Shown here in pieces: positions 15,185 through 28,240 of a stretch of 64,000 bases of DNA. The translations under genes were made by a program, and so were the position numbers. The stretch lies in the NCBI GenBank assembly GCA_951406725.2, contig OX597816.1:118916001-118980000 (forward strand), written 5' to 3'. The notes under the pieces are model-generated. The model ran no database searches. It was not told where the DNA came from and worked only from the letters and a program-made list of their open reading frames with translations. Positions within the stretch are counted from its first letter, which is position 1. Each line of letters begins with the position of its first letter. This stretch comes from Octopus vulgaris (lineage: Eukaryota).

Positions 15185-15540
15185 CATACAACACAAAAAC
15201 AAAAGAAATCCTAAAACACAATACCAACAACAACGGCAAATACACCAAATAAAACATTATATAAATAAATAAAACAAATTTCCACGTCTATTTTGCCTCC
15301 GACGAACAATTTGCTTCTGTTATAAACAATTTACCGTACGTGAGAATGTCCCAGAATACTCCATGTTGAAGCACTCACGTGTTTGATGTCCGTGACAGAC
15401 GGCTTCAGTTTGTTCTTCAATTCATCCATTTGTTTTTGCTTCTTTTTTTGCGACAAATGTTTGTTCTTTCCTGCCCCCTTTCTCTTCTACCTCATCGGCG
15501 TATTTCCTTCTTTCTTTCTTTCTTTCCTGCTCCCTTTCTC

Positions 15541-15587
<47 letters not shown>

Positions 15588-15772
15588 CTCTCCCTCCCCA
15601 CCTTCCGACGTATGTCCTTATCTATTGTACTGTGTTATATAGCTTCTTTTGTTTCGTTCGTCCGTCCTTTCTCGTCAGAGGCACAAACAAGGTGAAGGAA
15701 ATCTTGTCAGCGAAGTCAAATTATAGTTTATAAGCGCCAATTTGTTCAGAGTAATTCACACACACACACATA

Positions 15773-15808
<36 letters not shown>

Positions 15809-16548
15809 TGCTCTCTCTCTCTCTCTCTCTATCATCTCACTGTCTGAAATGAAAAAATATTTATGGTCACTATTAAGTTGTCTTCATTTTAGATAAAATA
15901 AGACAATTCTTTTTTATTTTTGAGATGTTTCTCTTCCGTGGTTTTGTTACAATCTTCACATAAACAAAAACACTAAAAGAGAAAAAGAAGTAAAAAAAGC
16001 CATCAACACCACTTTCATCGATGACAACAACAACAACAGCAATACAAAATTTATAAGTGTAATTCGTTGTTTAGAAAATAGAAGCAAAAAAAAAAAATAT
16101 TTAAGAAATTAACAAAGCTAAGTAAGATACATCTAGATCTAAAAAGTGATGTTGCTTCAATGTAGACTAGTTTTAGAAAAGACTTATTTATCAATATGTG
16201 TGTGTACAAAACAATTACAAAGAATTCGCAGACAGGTAACGTCTTTGTATTTTTAACTTTTTCCTTTTTTTCTTTTTACAGTAAATTATGTTGTGAAATT
16301 AAAAGGAGAAATATGATGTACAAATCTCCGTACTCTTTGTAATTGTTTTGGATTTACGCTCCCGTAAATATTTATAATCCAACGAAGCGAACCCAGGATT
16401 TACTCATCGGATGAAATACATTGGGATTGCTCACTCTACGTAATCCTTGGTGCGTCTTACTATTTGATGCGGTTAGTCTGAGCTTGGACTGCACTTGAGT
16501 GCTCAGGATTGCACCTGAGTGCTGACGAGATAATATATCCTTTTACAA

Positions 16549-17160
16549 AGGCGGCGAGCTGGCAGAAACGTTAGCACGCCGGGCGAAATGCTTTGCAGTA
16601 TTTCGTCTGTCGTTACGTTCTGAGTTCAAATTCCGCCGAGGTCGACTTTGCCTTTCATCCTTTCGGGGTCAATTAAATAAGTACCAGTTACGCACTGGGG
16701 TCGATATAATCAATTTAATCCATTTGTCTGTCCTTGTTTGTCCCCTCTGTGTGTAGCTCCTTGTGGGCAGTAAAGAAATAAGAAACGTTAGCACGCCGGG
16801 CGAAATGCTTTGCAGCATTTCGTCTGCATTTACGTTTTGAGTTCAAATTCCGCCGAGGTCGACTTTGCCTTTCATCCTTTCGGAGTCGATTAAATAAGTA
16901 CGAGTCACGCACTGGGGTCGATATAATCGACTTAATCCGTTTGTCTGTCCTTGTTTGTCCTCTCTGTGTGTAGCTCTTGTGGGTGGTACAAGAAATAGGT
17001 ATTTCGTCTGTCTTTACGTTCTAGTTCAAATTTCGCCGAGGTCGACTTTGACTTTCGTCCTTTCGGGGTCGATAAATAAGTACCAGTTGCGTACTAGGGT
17101 CGATTTAATCGACTGCCCCCTCCCCCAAAACTTTCGTGCTGTGTGCTTAGATTAGAAAAG
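16549..17160 (+). mobile_element. Head-to-tail trimer of family B SINE
   Basis: Three consecutive units starting at ~16549, ~16781 and ~16995. The first two share the tail TTGTCTGTCCTTGTTTGTCC.CTCTGTGTGTAGC. Confidence 0.88.
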
Positions 17161-17202
17161 AATATATCCCTTTATACTCATTATATATATACATATATAT
17201 TC

Positions 17203-17553
17203 TTTTATTCTTTTACTTGTTTCAGTCATTTGACTGCGGCCACGCTGGAGCGCCGCTTTGAATGGTTTTATTCGAATGAATCGACCCTAGGACTTCTATT
17301 TTTAAAGCCTAGTACTTATTCTATCAGTCGCTTTTGCTATCAGTTTCTTTTGTCAAACCGCCAAGTCACGGGGACGTAAACACACCAACACCGGTTGTAA
17401 AGCGGTGATGGGGGAACAAATACAGACACAAACACGCACACACATAGCTACACACACGCACACACACACATATATACGGCGGGCTTCTTTCAGTTTCCGT
17501 CTACCAAATCCACTCACAATGTTTTGGTCGGCCTGAGGCTATAGTAGAAGAAA
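17203..17553 (-). mobile_element. 5'-truncated family A SINE
   Basis: Homologous to 60051-60385. Confidence 0.85.
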
Positions 17554-17557
17554 CTTA

Positions 17558-18670
17558 TTAAAATTTCTTTAGAAGAAGAGAGATTGGATATCCTATTACT
17601 AATGCTAGCTATCAAGTTTTTAAACACTATAGGGGATGGTAGGAGTGTTTATGTATGTAGGAAAGTTTCTCAATAGGCTTAGGTTTATATGAATGAGTTT
17701 AGATCTAGGGAAATTTCTAAAAATCGACTTTTGATAGATTTTGATTTTGAAACATAATTGACTAAAGGTAGGGATGAGTTTTTACCTAAATTTATCAAAA
17801 GTGTCACTATCACAACCATGGAAAATTTCCAATTCATCGTCAGTAGAGACTAACATCGTAGGATGGGGACTTGGATCTCAGTGTATTTAATATAAAGAGA
17901 CCTACAAGATCGCAGATGTCAGCACTGTCATGCGAAAACATCAATACATAGAACAATTCATCTGCATCGGATTTTAAAATCCATACTGAGCCCTTACTAA
18001 ATAGGCGTGTTTTTGTCGCATGCATGATAAAGTCTAGGTCTATGTGGTCAAAATCAACATGACTTTGCAAGCTCAATGGCCTTATATAACCTATAATATT
18101 AAATCGTGTAAATGTAGCTCTATTCTTAACCTCTAAATTCTTAAGCCGATCTACTACATATTTCTATTATCCCATTATTGTAGCATTGTAGTCTATCCGA
18201 TTCTGATATTAATATTCCTTAGTATATTTTTGCTACTAACCCGATTTCAGACCTCGTTAGGTTTAACAATTTCTGACACCTTATTACTGAAATTAAGTGA
18301 TCTTTTATAGTGATAAAAGCTTCTCTTTTTGCTAAGTATTCTAATCTATCATCAGTTCAATATTACTACATTTAGAGATCAATTTAGCCTCATTATTAAT
18401 ATCATTGTATCTGTCTATGTTAGATTTCTTGTATTTAGTGGAAATGGTGTCAGTCAGCAACTTATCATAAAGATCATTATTGACGTCGTACAGGCTGTTG
18501 CTCTTTTCAGAAAATACAAGCTTTTTTTTTTAGAGCTTATAAAATTTCTAACATCAGATTTTAGTTTGGCTTCAAAGGGATTATAATATTTATGGAATTT
18601 AACTTTTAGTTTTACAATCAAATTTAGAGATTACATTGATCTTTCGAAGGTTGAATGATGAAATTATGAA
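17558..18670 (-). mobile_element. Degenerate Naiad-type Penelope-like element, RT and thumb region
   Basis: Minus-strand peptides in shifted frames: LVFSEKSNSLYD..YDKLLTDTISTKYKK, EAFITIKDH, LLNLTRSEIG, FIMHATKTRLFSKGSVW...FYVLMFSHDSADICDLVGLFIL (cf. FDVTMGSxDGAExCELVGL) and SISNRISNLSSSKEI. Confidence 0.8.
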
Positions 18671-19244
18671 TGACCAATGTAATCTATAAATTTGACAGTA
18701 AAACTGAAAGGACTCTAACTGTTACATTCGACATACTAGCACAATATTTTCACGTAAGCTACTATGCACTTACAAGAAGAGTCTATTACAAATCATTATA
18801 CCACACACCACAAAGCAAAATTAGGCAGAAATATACTAGAGAAGAATACTTACATTTACTATAGAATTCCCCATCAAAATGTAAGATTAATAATGGAACC
18901 CATACTCATAACGCAATGCAATGCCCAAATAAGCATGCAAACAATACATATATCAAAATATTTACACATGAACATAAAAAATTCAATGGTCAAAACTTTG
19001 GCCGCAACAAACAAATCAACACGTGACTGCTGGTTTGACGGGTCATGAATTCAACCAGTCTATAAGAAACAATGTAGGCGCCAAATATATTCAATTCTTG
19101 AAAATGAAACTGTGAAAGTCTTGAAACGGCGAATATGAACTCAGGAACTTAAAAAGCTAATAGAAAGTTCGAGAGATCAAAAATAAAATGATAAAACTTG
19201 AACACAGTCGTGTATCTAATGAAACATAGATATCTATCTACCTT

Positions 19245-19312
<68 letters not shown>

Positions 19313-19335
19313 TGAGTGTATGTGTGTGTGTGTGT

Positions 19336-19373
<38 letters not shown>

Positions 19374-19880
19374 CGTGAGTAGTGAGAGAGAAAGACAGTA
19401 ACGGTACAGAGAAATATATGTTTTCTACGTGTACCCGTTTCTTCATTATTTTTTTTGGGTGAAAAAAGAAAATGAAACAGAAAAGAGATGCTTAACTTTT
19501 TTGGTGCCGTTGACAGAAATAAGAGAAAATATTCGAAAATTTACTTATATTAAAAAAAAAAAAGAAAAAATAGATATATTAAATGAAAAATGTAATATCT
19601 TATTAAACTCTTAGTTTGATTAAAACACATAAATTTATAGTTTTACTATTATTTTTTTTAAAATAGCTAAATCTTGCGTCTGTAAGCTCCTTTATAGAAA
19701 TAGTCCGAATTATAAGGAAAAATTGTTCCGAGCAGTCAGATTATTGTGAAACCCTATTAATGGACTGAAAGTGTGCATTAGTATATTTTGCACTTCTTTT
19801 GTACCTTTTGTAAATCCTGTCTACCAATGTTCAAAAGCAACAGGATATATTGTTGTTGGTTTATCTGGGTTTTTTTTTTT

Positions 19881-19922
19881 ACACTTAACTGAAGAGACGA
19901 AAACAGGTCGAAATATTGGTGT
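19881..19922 (+). ncRNA. Degenerate hammerhead-like motif
   Basis: ACACTTAA-CTGAAGA-GAC GAAAACAG GTC-GAAATA-TTGGTGT. Core and stem II are canonical; stems I and III are imperfect. Confidence 0.45.
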
Positions 19923-20465
19923 CTTAAAATTCCCCTTAGTCACTAAATCGAGTGTATTGTGAACACACATCGCCTGAATGTAGGTATTCTCTGAAGGCGA
20001 AATACGACAGCGATTAGCATATTCACGTTCAAATCTGCCGGAACCTGCTTAGAATGAAAATGTACATCATAGATTTGATTCGCGCTATTTTACATGATCG
20101 TGATAGCCTATTATGGATTTAGTTTCTGATACTACGCTATCTCTCACTGTTGCTGAATGTTATGATTTAAAGACACATGAATACTCTCACAGGATAAAAG
20201 ATTTAACCCCTTTTGAGGCAGACTTCTTTGATTCACTCACCAATATTAAATGTATATGAACATAATGACACGTGCATGGATATGTGTATGTGCGTATGTG
20301 CGTGTATTGTATGTATGTATGTATGTATGTATGTATGTATGTATGTATGTATGTATGTATGTATGTATGTTTACATATGTATAGACATATATATATATTT
20401 ACACACATATGTGTGTTTGTAAGTATATGTTACACGCGTGTATGAGTATGTATATATATATATAT

Positions 20466-20502
<37 letters not shown>

Positions 20503-20612
20503 TGTATATGTGTGTGTGTGCATATGCAGATTCTATGAACAAAGTTTTACTTTCTCAACACTATTGGAGTAATTTCCCTTTATTCAACGGGTTTTTTTCA
20601 TAGCGTTTTTGT

Positions 20613-20687
20613 TTGTCTTAATAACTGATGAGATGCCGGAGCAGACTTCAGCCCCGGCATCCGAAACTCTGAGTTTTATTATGACAA
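20613..20687 (+). ncRNA. Type I hammerhead ribozyme motif
   Basis: Stem I TTGTCTTAATAA/TTATTATGACAA (11 of 12 pairs), core CTGATGA (20625-20631), stem II GATGCCGG/CCGGCATC plus one extra C, GAAA, near-palindromic stem III ACTC-T-GAGT, GUU site. Confidence 0.8.
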
Positions 20688-20923
20688 CCAACTAATTGTC
20701 ACATATTATATATATATATATACAAAAAAAATATAGATATATATATTTATAGACATGACCTGTTAAATAACCGTTTCAGTGTATAGAAAATTCAATTTCT
20801 GTTATGGTGGCAATAATATTCATTATTTCCAGCCGAACTCCGACTTAGAAAATAGAATGAGAGAGAAGAAGAGAGAAAAAGAAGAGATATAGAGGGAAGG
20901 ATAGATAGATAGATAATAGACAA

Positions 20924-20995
<72 letters not shown>

Positions 20996-21424
20996 TTAAA
21001 GGGAGAGAGAGAGAGAGATAGAGTGGGGAGAGCGTTACAAGAAGATGGGATGGAAAGTTTAATTAGGCGACTGGCTGCTACTGTCAATCACAATAGCAGA
21101 GAAACGGAGACTCTTTAATTACAGATGTCTCTCACTTATCAAATTCAACGAACACAACAGATAGACAGGTGCTGGGAAAAGCCAAAGACCTTCAAATTAA
21201 TTACATATATACAAAAAAGAAAGGTATAAAAAAAATTGCTTTAAAAATGTCAAAGAAAAATAAACTGAAATAGATAAGTGAAATAATAAATGAATCCACT
21301 TTCTTTCAGAGATAAATATATATATGTATGTTAAGCTGAGAGTGGTTGCGGCGGCGAGGATCCCGTTCTCGTTTCGATCGAAATAAAACAAACGCATATC
21401 TCTTATGTGTCATCGATATATACA

Positions 21425-21802
21425 TACGTGCTTGCATGCATGCATACATACATACATACATACATACATACATACATACATACATACATACATGCATGCA
21501 TGCATGCATACATACATACATACATACATGCATACATACATACATACATACATACATACATACATACATACATACATACATACATACATGCATGCATGCA
21601 TACATATATATGCGCGTACATACTGACACATAAACGCTCACATATCTATATATATATTAATAAACATATAGATGTATACACTATCTATCTGTCTGTCTAT
21701 CTATCTATCTATCTATCTTTCTATCTATCTATCGATCGATCTATCTATCTTTATATCTATCTATCAGTCTGTTAGTGTCTGTCTATATACATACATGCAT
21801 AC

Positions 21803-21870
<68 letters not shown>

Positions 21871-21895
21871 TCACACACACACAAACGCATACGCG
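21425..21895. repeat. (TACA)n, (TCTA)n and (CA)n microsatellites
   Basis: Directly visible. Confidence 0.95.
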
Positions 21896-22051
21896 TACGT
21901 ATTGTTTCTACAAGGTTAGCAGTTTTTAGTTACTTTCGTTGGACAGTATGACGAAGGCAAAGTTCGAACTGTCACTTTTCCTCGTGAAAACAGAAATTAA
22001 TATAATACTCCATTGAAATGTGTTTCAATTATATAAAGCTGTGTTTTATAC

Positions 22052-22208
22052 GTAGGGATGGTTGTGTGGTAAGAAGTTTATTTCTCAACCACATTGTTCC
22101 GGGTTCAGTTATACTGAATGGCACCTTGGGCAAGTGTCTTCTACTGTATCTCCGTGCCAACCAAAGCTTTGTAAGTAGCGAGTAGACGGAAACTAAAAGA
22201 AGTCTGTT
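22052..22208 (+). mobile_element. Partial family A SINE
   Basis: Head and body match family A. Confidence 0.75.
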
Positions 22209-22214
22209 GCTATG

Positions 22215-22865
22215 GTTACGACATAGCGCCAAGTTAACAGCGGAGTTCGAAGGGTCCAACATCACCACACTAAGAAGCTTGTAACAGTGCAGCAGATGAG
22301 CTACAGGGAGAGGCTGAAAAACTACGACTTTACTACCTGGAGCAAAGACGTATGTATGTATGTATGTATGTATGTATGTATGTATGTATGTATGTATGTA
22401 TGTATGTATGTATGTATGTATGTATGTATGTATGTATGTATGTATGTATGTATGTATGTATGTATGTATGTATGTATGTATGTATGTATGTGTGTATGCA
22501 TGCATGTATGTATATATTGATGACACATAAGAGATATTATGCGTTTGTTTTATTTCTACATATGGAAAAGTTTGGAAAGGCTTGTACCTAATTTTGGCAT
22601 TGAGCATTATACAAATGCCCGAACTGGACACCGTTTTATTGTACCAAAGGCACTGTCCACTCCATATACAGTCAGGACCAGATACTACTATAACTTAGAA
22701 TTCAAAGGCGCACAAAAATTAAGAAACATACACAATGTGGACGTGGATATCTTCAAAAAGGAGCTAGACCTTCTCTTCTCTACTATACCGGACGAAACAA
22801 GAGCCCAGCATGAGGTACTGATGAGGACAGCGGTATCAAAGTTCCTCATACACCAAATAGGCTAA
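22215..22865 (+). mobile_element. CR1-clade LINE ORF2 3' end, interrupted at 22350-22556
   Basis: Peptides QQMSYRERLK..L..LEQR, then YIWKSLERLVPNFGI, RTG and VDIFKKELDLLFSTIPD, typical of the CR1 C-terminus. Confidence 0.75.
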
Positions 22866-23029
22866 TAACGAAATGATAAGCACATACAAGAATGGAGATA
22901 TGAAATCCCACCACAAACATACACATATATATTTACGAGAGGCTTCTTTCAGTTTCTATCTTCTTAAGAGACACGTGGTTTATAAACGCACGATGCGATG
23001 CATTAAATGTTTATAAATCCATCCAAGAA

Positions 23030-23418
<389 letters not shown>

Positions 23419-24971
23419 CGTACAACAGTTTAGTAAAAGGCTCATTAAACTAGGTGGTGGATAGAGAAATTTCAGATTTGTTTATATTTCCACTGTCACG
23501 CACAAAATAACAGCTTCCAAATCTTGTTTTCTGACTGGTAAAAATTATCAAAATTCAAACCTCTGTAACTTTCTTAAAAATTTTTCCGGAGAAAGTGAAT
23601 TATCTCCTGAGATTCAGCGTGGAAAATTACATCAATACACCAAATTTTAAAATTTTCACTAAATTTTAAAATTTCCACTGGTGCTTAATTCTGAATCTGG
23701 ATCACTTTCAGTCATATGAATTTTAAACATACACAAATTTTACTTCAGTTTTCTCGAGAATTTTTGCCTGGTCTTGCTTGAAAAAAAAATGTGGTAGCTT
23801 AAGTGTAGCTCGGCGATCAGGGAGTTTTGATAGGTCGAGCCGTTACTTCTCCGCATTGCGAGGTCACAAAGACATGCACGCGCACACATACATACAAACA
23901 TTACACACACACATAAATATCAGAAAATGTTACTTGTGATAGGCCGGTTTTATCACTTGCCCCATTCCATATAATAAAACCGAGATGTAATCACCAGATA
24001 TAATGGATATTTGTTTATATTTTTATGTACTATATTCTCAAATGGAGTCCACTCAAATTCCCTACACCCACTGGACTCCAACCCTATTTAATAGCTTTAT
24101 ATTTCAATGAGTGGCTATACGTACAAGACATAGGAACACACATTACAAAAGTAAAATCTTTTCTAAACATTTAAACATTAATTTTTTGCTTTATTTTGGA
24201 AAACGTGCATATAAATTAGTTATCAAATGAGTTTATTTTGTGCTTAATAATTGGTATGTCTAGTGTTTTATAGAATTTTTCTCGTATATAATTCACTACA
24301 TAATTATATCTCGTTTCTTGTTAATAGAAAAGACGCCAATGTTATGAAGGAACAATATAATAAAGGTCAGGATTAACAAAAAATATTCCACCTTTTTGAA
24401 ACGTCTCTTTCGAAAATTCCATTGAAATGGAGCCATAAACGGAATAATTTTAGTTAAATGCAATAAATTAAAATGAATTTTAGGTTTATATATCATTCCT
24501 ACACGCCTGTTTGAATAAGCATTTTATTTTTGTTTTAATGATTTCTTTTTTCTATTTTGAAAGTATCTCGTTAGAGCCAGACAATTATAACGTCTCATCA
24601 ATAACACGCGATGTTATGTGATATTGAAGCGAAATACCAGAATGAATTAAGTATTGAACGAACTTAAACCATACGTTGCGAGTTCAAATCTACCGTAGGC
24701 ACTCCGTTGAGGTTCGAGGCAAAACGCTTTATGTGTATTGGTTCACTTTTACCTCTGTGTCAGTTGTGGAAAGTAGATCACGCTGGAATGTTAACCAGTC
24801 GTAGACTGGGTGGAAATTTTGTCTTTCATTTACATAACGCCATAAAACGAGCAGGTATTCCTTACAATCTCCTCAAGGTATATTGGTAATGTTATTCTGT
24901 TTGTAATGTGTTCGGATGTTACGCTTTAAAGAATTTCAGCTATGAAACGAAATCGAAGAGACAATCGAAAT

Positions 24972-25224
24972 CAGTGATTCTCAACCAATTTTTTGCCTAC
25001 AGACCCCTTTGATTCCTATTCTAATCAGGAAGATGTGGGTGCTGACATAAAACAACCACTATATATTTGTTAGTAGGAATTGCATAAATTACAATTAACT
25101 GATAAATGTTAGAAGGAATTGCAAAAAAAATATGAAAGTAATTTGTGTATTGTAGAAATATGACCAATTTATTGCACCTATGTGGACCCCCAAGGGCCGT
25201 ATGGACTCTGGTTGAGGACCATTG
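24972..25224. mobile_element. hAT (Charlie-like) MITE
   Basis: Termini CAGTGATTCTCAACC...GGTTGAGGACCATTG and an 8-bp TSD ATCGAAAT/ATCTAAAT. Confidence 0.82.
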
Positions 25225-25387
25225 ATCTAAATCTATGATACTGTAAAACAACGTTATGATGGTCTATAAATTTATGCTTGAAATAAGAATAAGGGCGTTT
25301 ATAAACTGTTGAATGTTCACATTTTATAATGTTTATATAGACAACCGGGACTTGTGGAATTTACACGGGCCTTACTAGTCAATATTA

Positions 25388-25643
25388 AAATAAATGCGCC
25401 CTTTTAAAGCCTAGCCAGGCTCATGGGCCCGGTTTCCCGGTTTCTATGGCGTATGTGTTTCCCAGCTGGACGGGACGACAGTCCATCACAGCGTTAATCA
25501 TTCTTGCCAGCTGAGTGGACTAGAGCAACGTGAAATGAAGTGTTTTTCTCAAGAACACAACGCGTCGCCCGGTTCAGGAATCGAAACCGCAATCTTACGA
25601 CCATGATGCTGACACTCTACCCACTAAGCCACGCGCCTCCACA
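25388..25643 (-). mobile_element. Full-length tRNA-headed SINE with Meta/MESC-like core, family C2
   Basis: A box TGGCTTAGTGG, B box GTTTCGATTCC, core TGTGTTCTTGAG.AAAACACTT...CACTCAGCTG, and a perfect 14-bp TSD ACTAGTCAATATTA (25374-25387 and 25644-25657). Confidence 0.9.
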
Positions 25644-25899
25644 ACTAGTCAATATTAGCATTATAATATTATTAATTTGATCTGTTATTGGTACGACGAG
25701 CTCTTTAGGTATACAAAATATTTTTCTTTTACATGTATATAAGAATACAAGAGGCCGAAATGGGGTTCCCCCCAACGGATCCCTGGAGAAAAGTTTCTCG
25801 ACTGGGTACGGAGCTCGGAAATCAGGGTATCTCCCCAGATCGAGTCGCTACTTCTCTGCATTGACAGACCACGACTTCAGTACTACAGACATGTAATTA

Positions 25900-26835
25900 G
25901 AATGTTGCAAGAAAGAGTTGCAAGACATATTTTTCAAGTGGAGCCCACCGGCAGCGGGTAGGAACCTAGGAGTACACATAGAACGAGATAATCGGATAAT
26001 ATCCATAATCTAACTTGATCATGCTTGGGAGTCCAGCCGGAACGTTTAATGACGGTTGCTTCTGATTGGACGTTGTGAAAGAGGTGCCCAAGGACTTCAC
26101 CCCCACACCCCTTGTAAAAGTACTGGGCGGTGAAGATGGGATAAATGTATATAAGAGATTCTCCTTGATAGGCTACCAGATTACTAGTTGAAGGGTCGAG
26201 GCCGTAGTCACCATAGGTGTTGCACTGATCAGCATATAGAAAAATTAGTAAGTCTTGCTGATTAAACCACAAATAGACTGATATTTACAATCACTAAATT
26301 GTAAACAGATCTCATGGGTAAACAGAGGCCAACATTTTAAAACTAAGTAATGTTTCGTTAGCTTTCTATGTTAAGTTAGAATCAGCCAAAGGACATGTAA
26401 AAAGTTACGAGAAGATACTGTCGTCCCCTTTCTTAGATCGGAACCCATCTATCGTCTCGACCAATTGCAAAATGACACAATATGGCTTTGATAAAGATCT
26501 GGGTATGTTAGATCACGCGCAACAGTTTATTTAATGTTAATTTCCTTATTAAGTATTTAGTCATACAATTTCGAACCACATTGTGATAAGTAAACAAGAT
26601 GGTAACACCATATGTTTTAATCTCTCCGAGAGCAAAAATGAAAGCTATGTGACTAATTTCTAGCTTTCTTAGTGTTTCGAGAAAAAAAGCACCCATCTCC
26701 AATGTAAGCAGCTTATAATTATTTAGACGGACCAATTTAGCTGTTGTGTCTGGGGAGAGCCATCTTCATTTTGTGCCTTTTAATTTAATACACTCACCGG
26801 TAAAATTTCCACTTATTCCTTATTTTTATTTTCCT
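25900..26835 (-). mobile_element. Possible very degenerate PLE remnant with an adjacent terminal fragment
   Basis: 26741-26835 is homologous to the fold-back repeat at 55183-55439. Peptide resemblance in 25934-26735 is weak. Confidence 0.3.
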
Positions 26836-26959
26836 ATATATTCCACAGTGAGGGCATGTTTGTCTATCATAATATAGAGAGGCATTCCGTTTATTACATT
26901 ACATATTATCCACAAAATGCTGTGCATTTATATTACTAATTTATCAAATATCTACGTTA

Positions 26960-27175
26960 TGGCGGTGAGCTGGCAGAACTGCTAGCACGCCGTGCGAAAT
27001 GCTTAGCAGTGTTTCGTCTGCCGTTACGTTTTGAGTTCAAATTTCACCGAAATCAACTTTGAGGTTCATCCTTTTGGAGTCGATAGAATAAGTATCAGGC
27101 ACACACTGGAGACGATGTAATCGACTAGCCCCCTTTTCTTCCAAAATTTTCAAGGCCTTGTGCCTAGAGTAGAAA
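26960..27175 (+). mobile_element. Full-length family B SINE
   Basis: GGCGGTGAGCTGGCAGAA head through the Nin-like core to the GGCCTTGTGCCTAGAGTAGAAA tail. Confidence 0.85.
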
Positions 27176-27453
27176 TAATTAATTATCTACGTCGTCAGTG
27201 CACAAATTGTTATGCAAATTAAAAGGAGGAGTTTAGTGGTTTATTGGATATTATCTAAAGTACGTTACGCAGTGTATTATTACAGGGGTCGATCAAGAAC
27301 GAGATAACTGGATAATAATCATAGTGTCAGTTGGTCACGCTATAGGAAACCAGCCGGAAAATCTAATGGCTGTTGTTTCTGATAGGAACCTATGGAGGAT
27401 GTGCTTGAGGACTCTACTCCCCACACCTCTCCCAGGAATAGTGGGCGGAGAAA

Positions 27454-27610
27454 GACGTGGCTGTACGGTAAGAAGCTTACTTCCCAACCACATGGTCCTG
27501 GGTTCAGTACCATTGCGTGACACTCTGGGTAAGTGTCTTCTACTATAGCCTTGGGCCGTCCAAAGCATTGTGAGTGGATTTGGTCGACAGAAACTGAAAG
27601 AAGCCCATCG

Positions 27611-27661
<51 letters not shown>

Positions 27662-27909
27662 GCGCGCGTATGTGTGTGTGTGTACGTGTGTGTCTGTGTG
27701 TGTGTATTTGTTCAAACATCGCTTGACAAACGATGTTGGTATGTTTACGTCCACGTAACTTAGCGGTTCGGCAAAATAAAACCGATAGAATAAGTACTAG
27801 GCTTACAAGGAATAAGTCCTGGAGTCGATTTGTTCAACTAAAAGTGGTGCTCCAGCATGGCTGCAGTCAAATGACTGAAACAATGACTAAAAGAATAGAA
27901 AATAAAAGA
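27454..27909 (+). mobile_element. Full-length family A SINE with internal (TA)n(TG)n
   Basis: Colinear with the reverse complement of 60051-60470. Confidence 0.88.
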
Positions 27910-27986
27910 ATATATACATGTATATATATAGTTCAAATTTACAGAAAACAAAAGACGAAAGCAGTTGTAGGAACTTATATATATAA

Positions 27987-28185
27987 GTTAGGGCAGCGGA
28001 CTCGCGGTCGGAGGATCGCGGTTTCAATTACCAGACCGAGCGTTGTGTGTGTTTATTGAGCGAAAACACCTAAAAGCTCCAAGAAACTCTTTCGCCCTAA
28101 CTTTCTCTTCCTGTTTCTTGAGTAACGCTGCGATGGACTGGCGTCCCGTCCAGCTGGGGGAAACTAGGCTTGAAAAGGGCGCATA

Positions 28186-28190
<5 letters not shown>
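27987..28190 (+). mobile_element. SINE with a family D head and a family C2 tail
   Basis: Its 5' part matches 59770-59862 and its 3' part matches the tail of 25388-25643. Confidence 0.75.

Positions 28191-28238
<48 letters not shown>

Positions 28239-28240
<2 letters not shown>

Noticed and set aside
18670-19230. Helicase- or Polinton-like coding remnant
   Set aside because: Only a vague TLAATNKS resemblance and no second motif.
23540-23920. Helentron/HINE-like element
   Set aside because: Some resemblance to HINE core sequence, but termini and subterminal repeats could not be defined.
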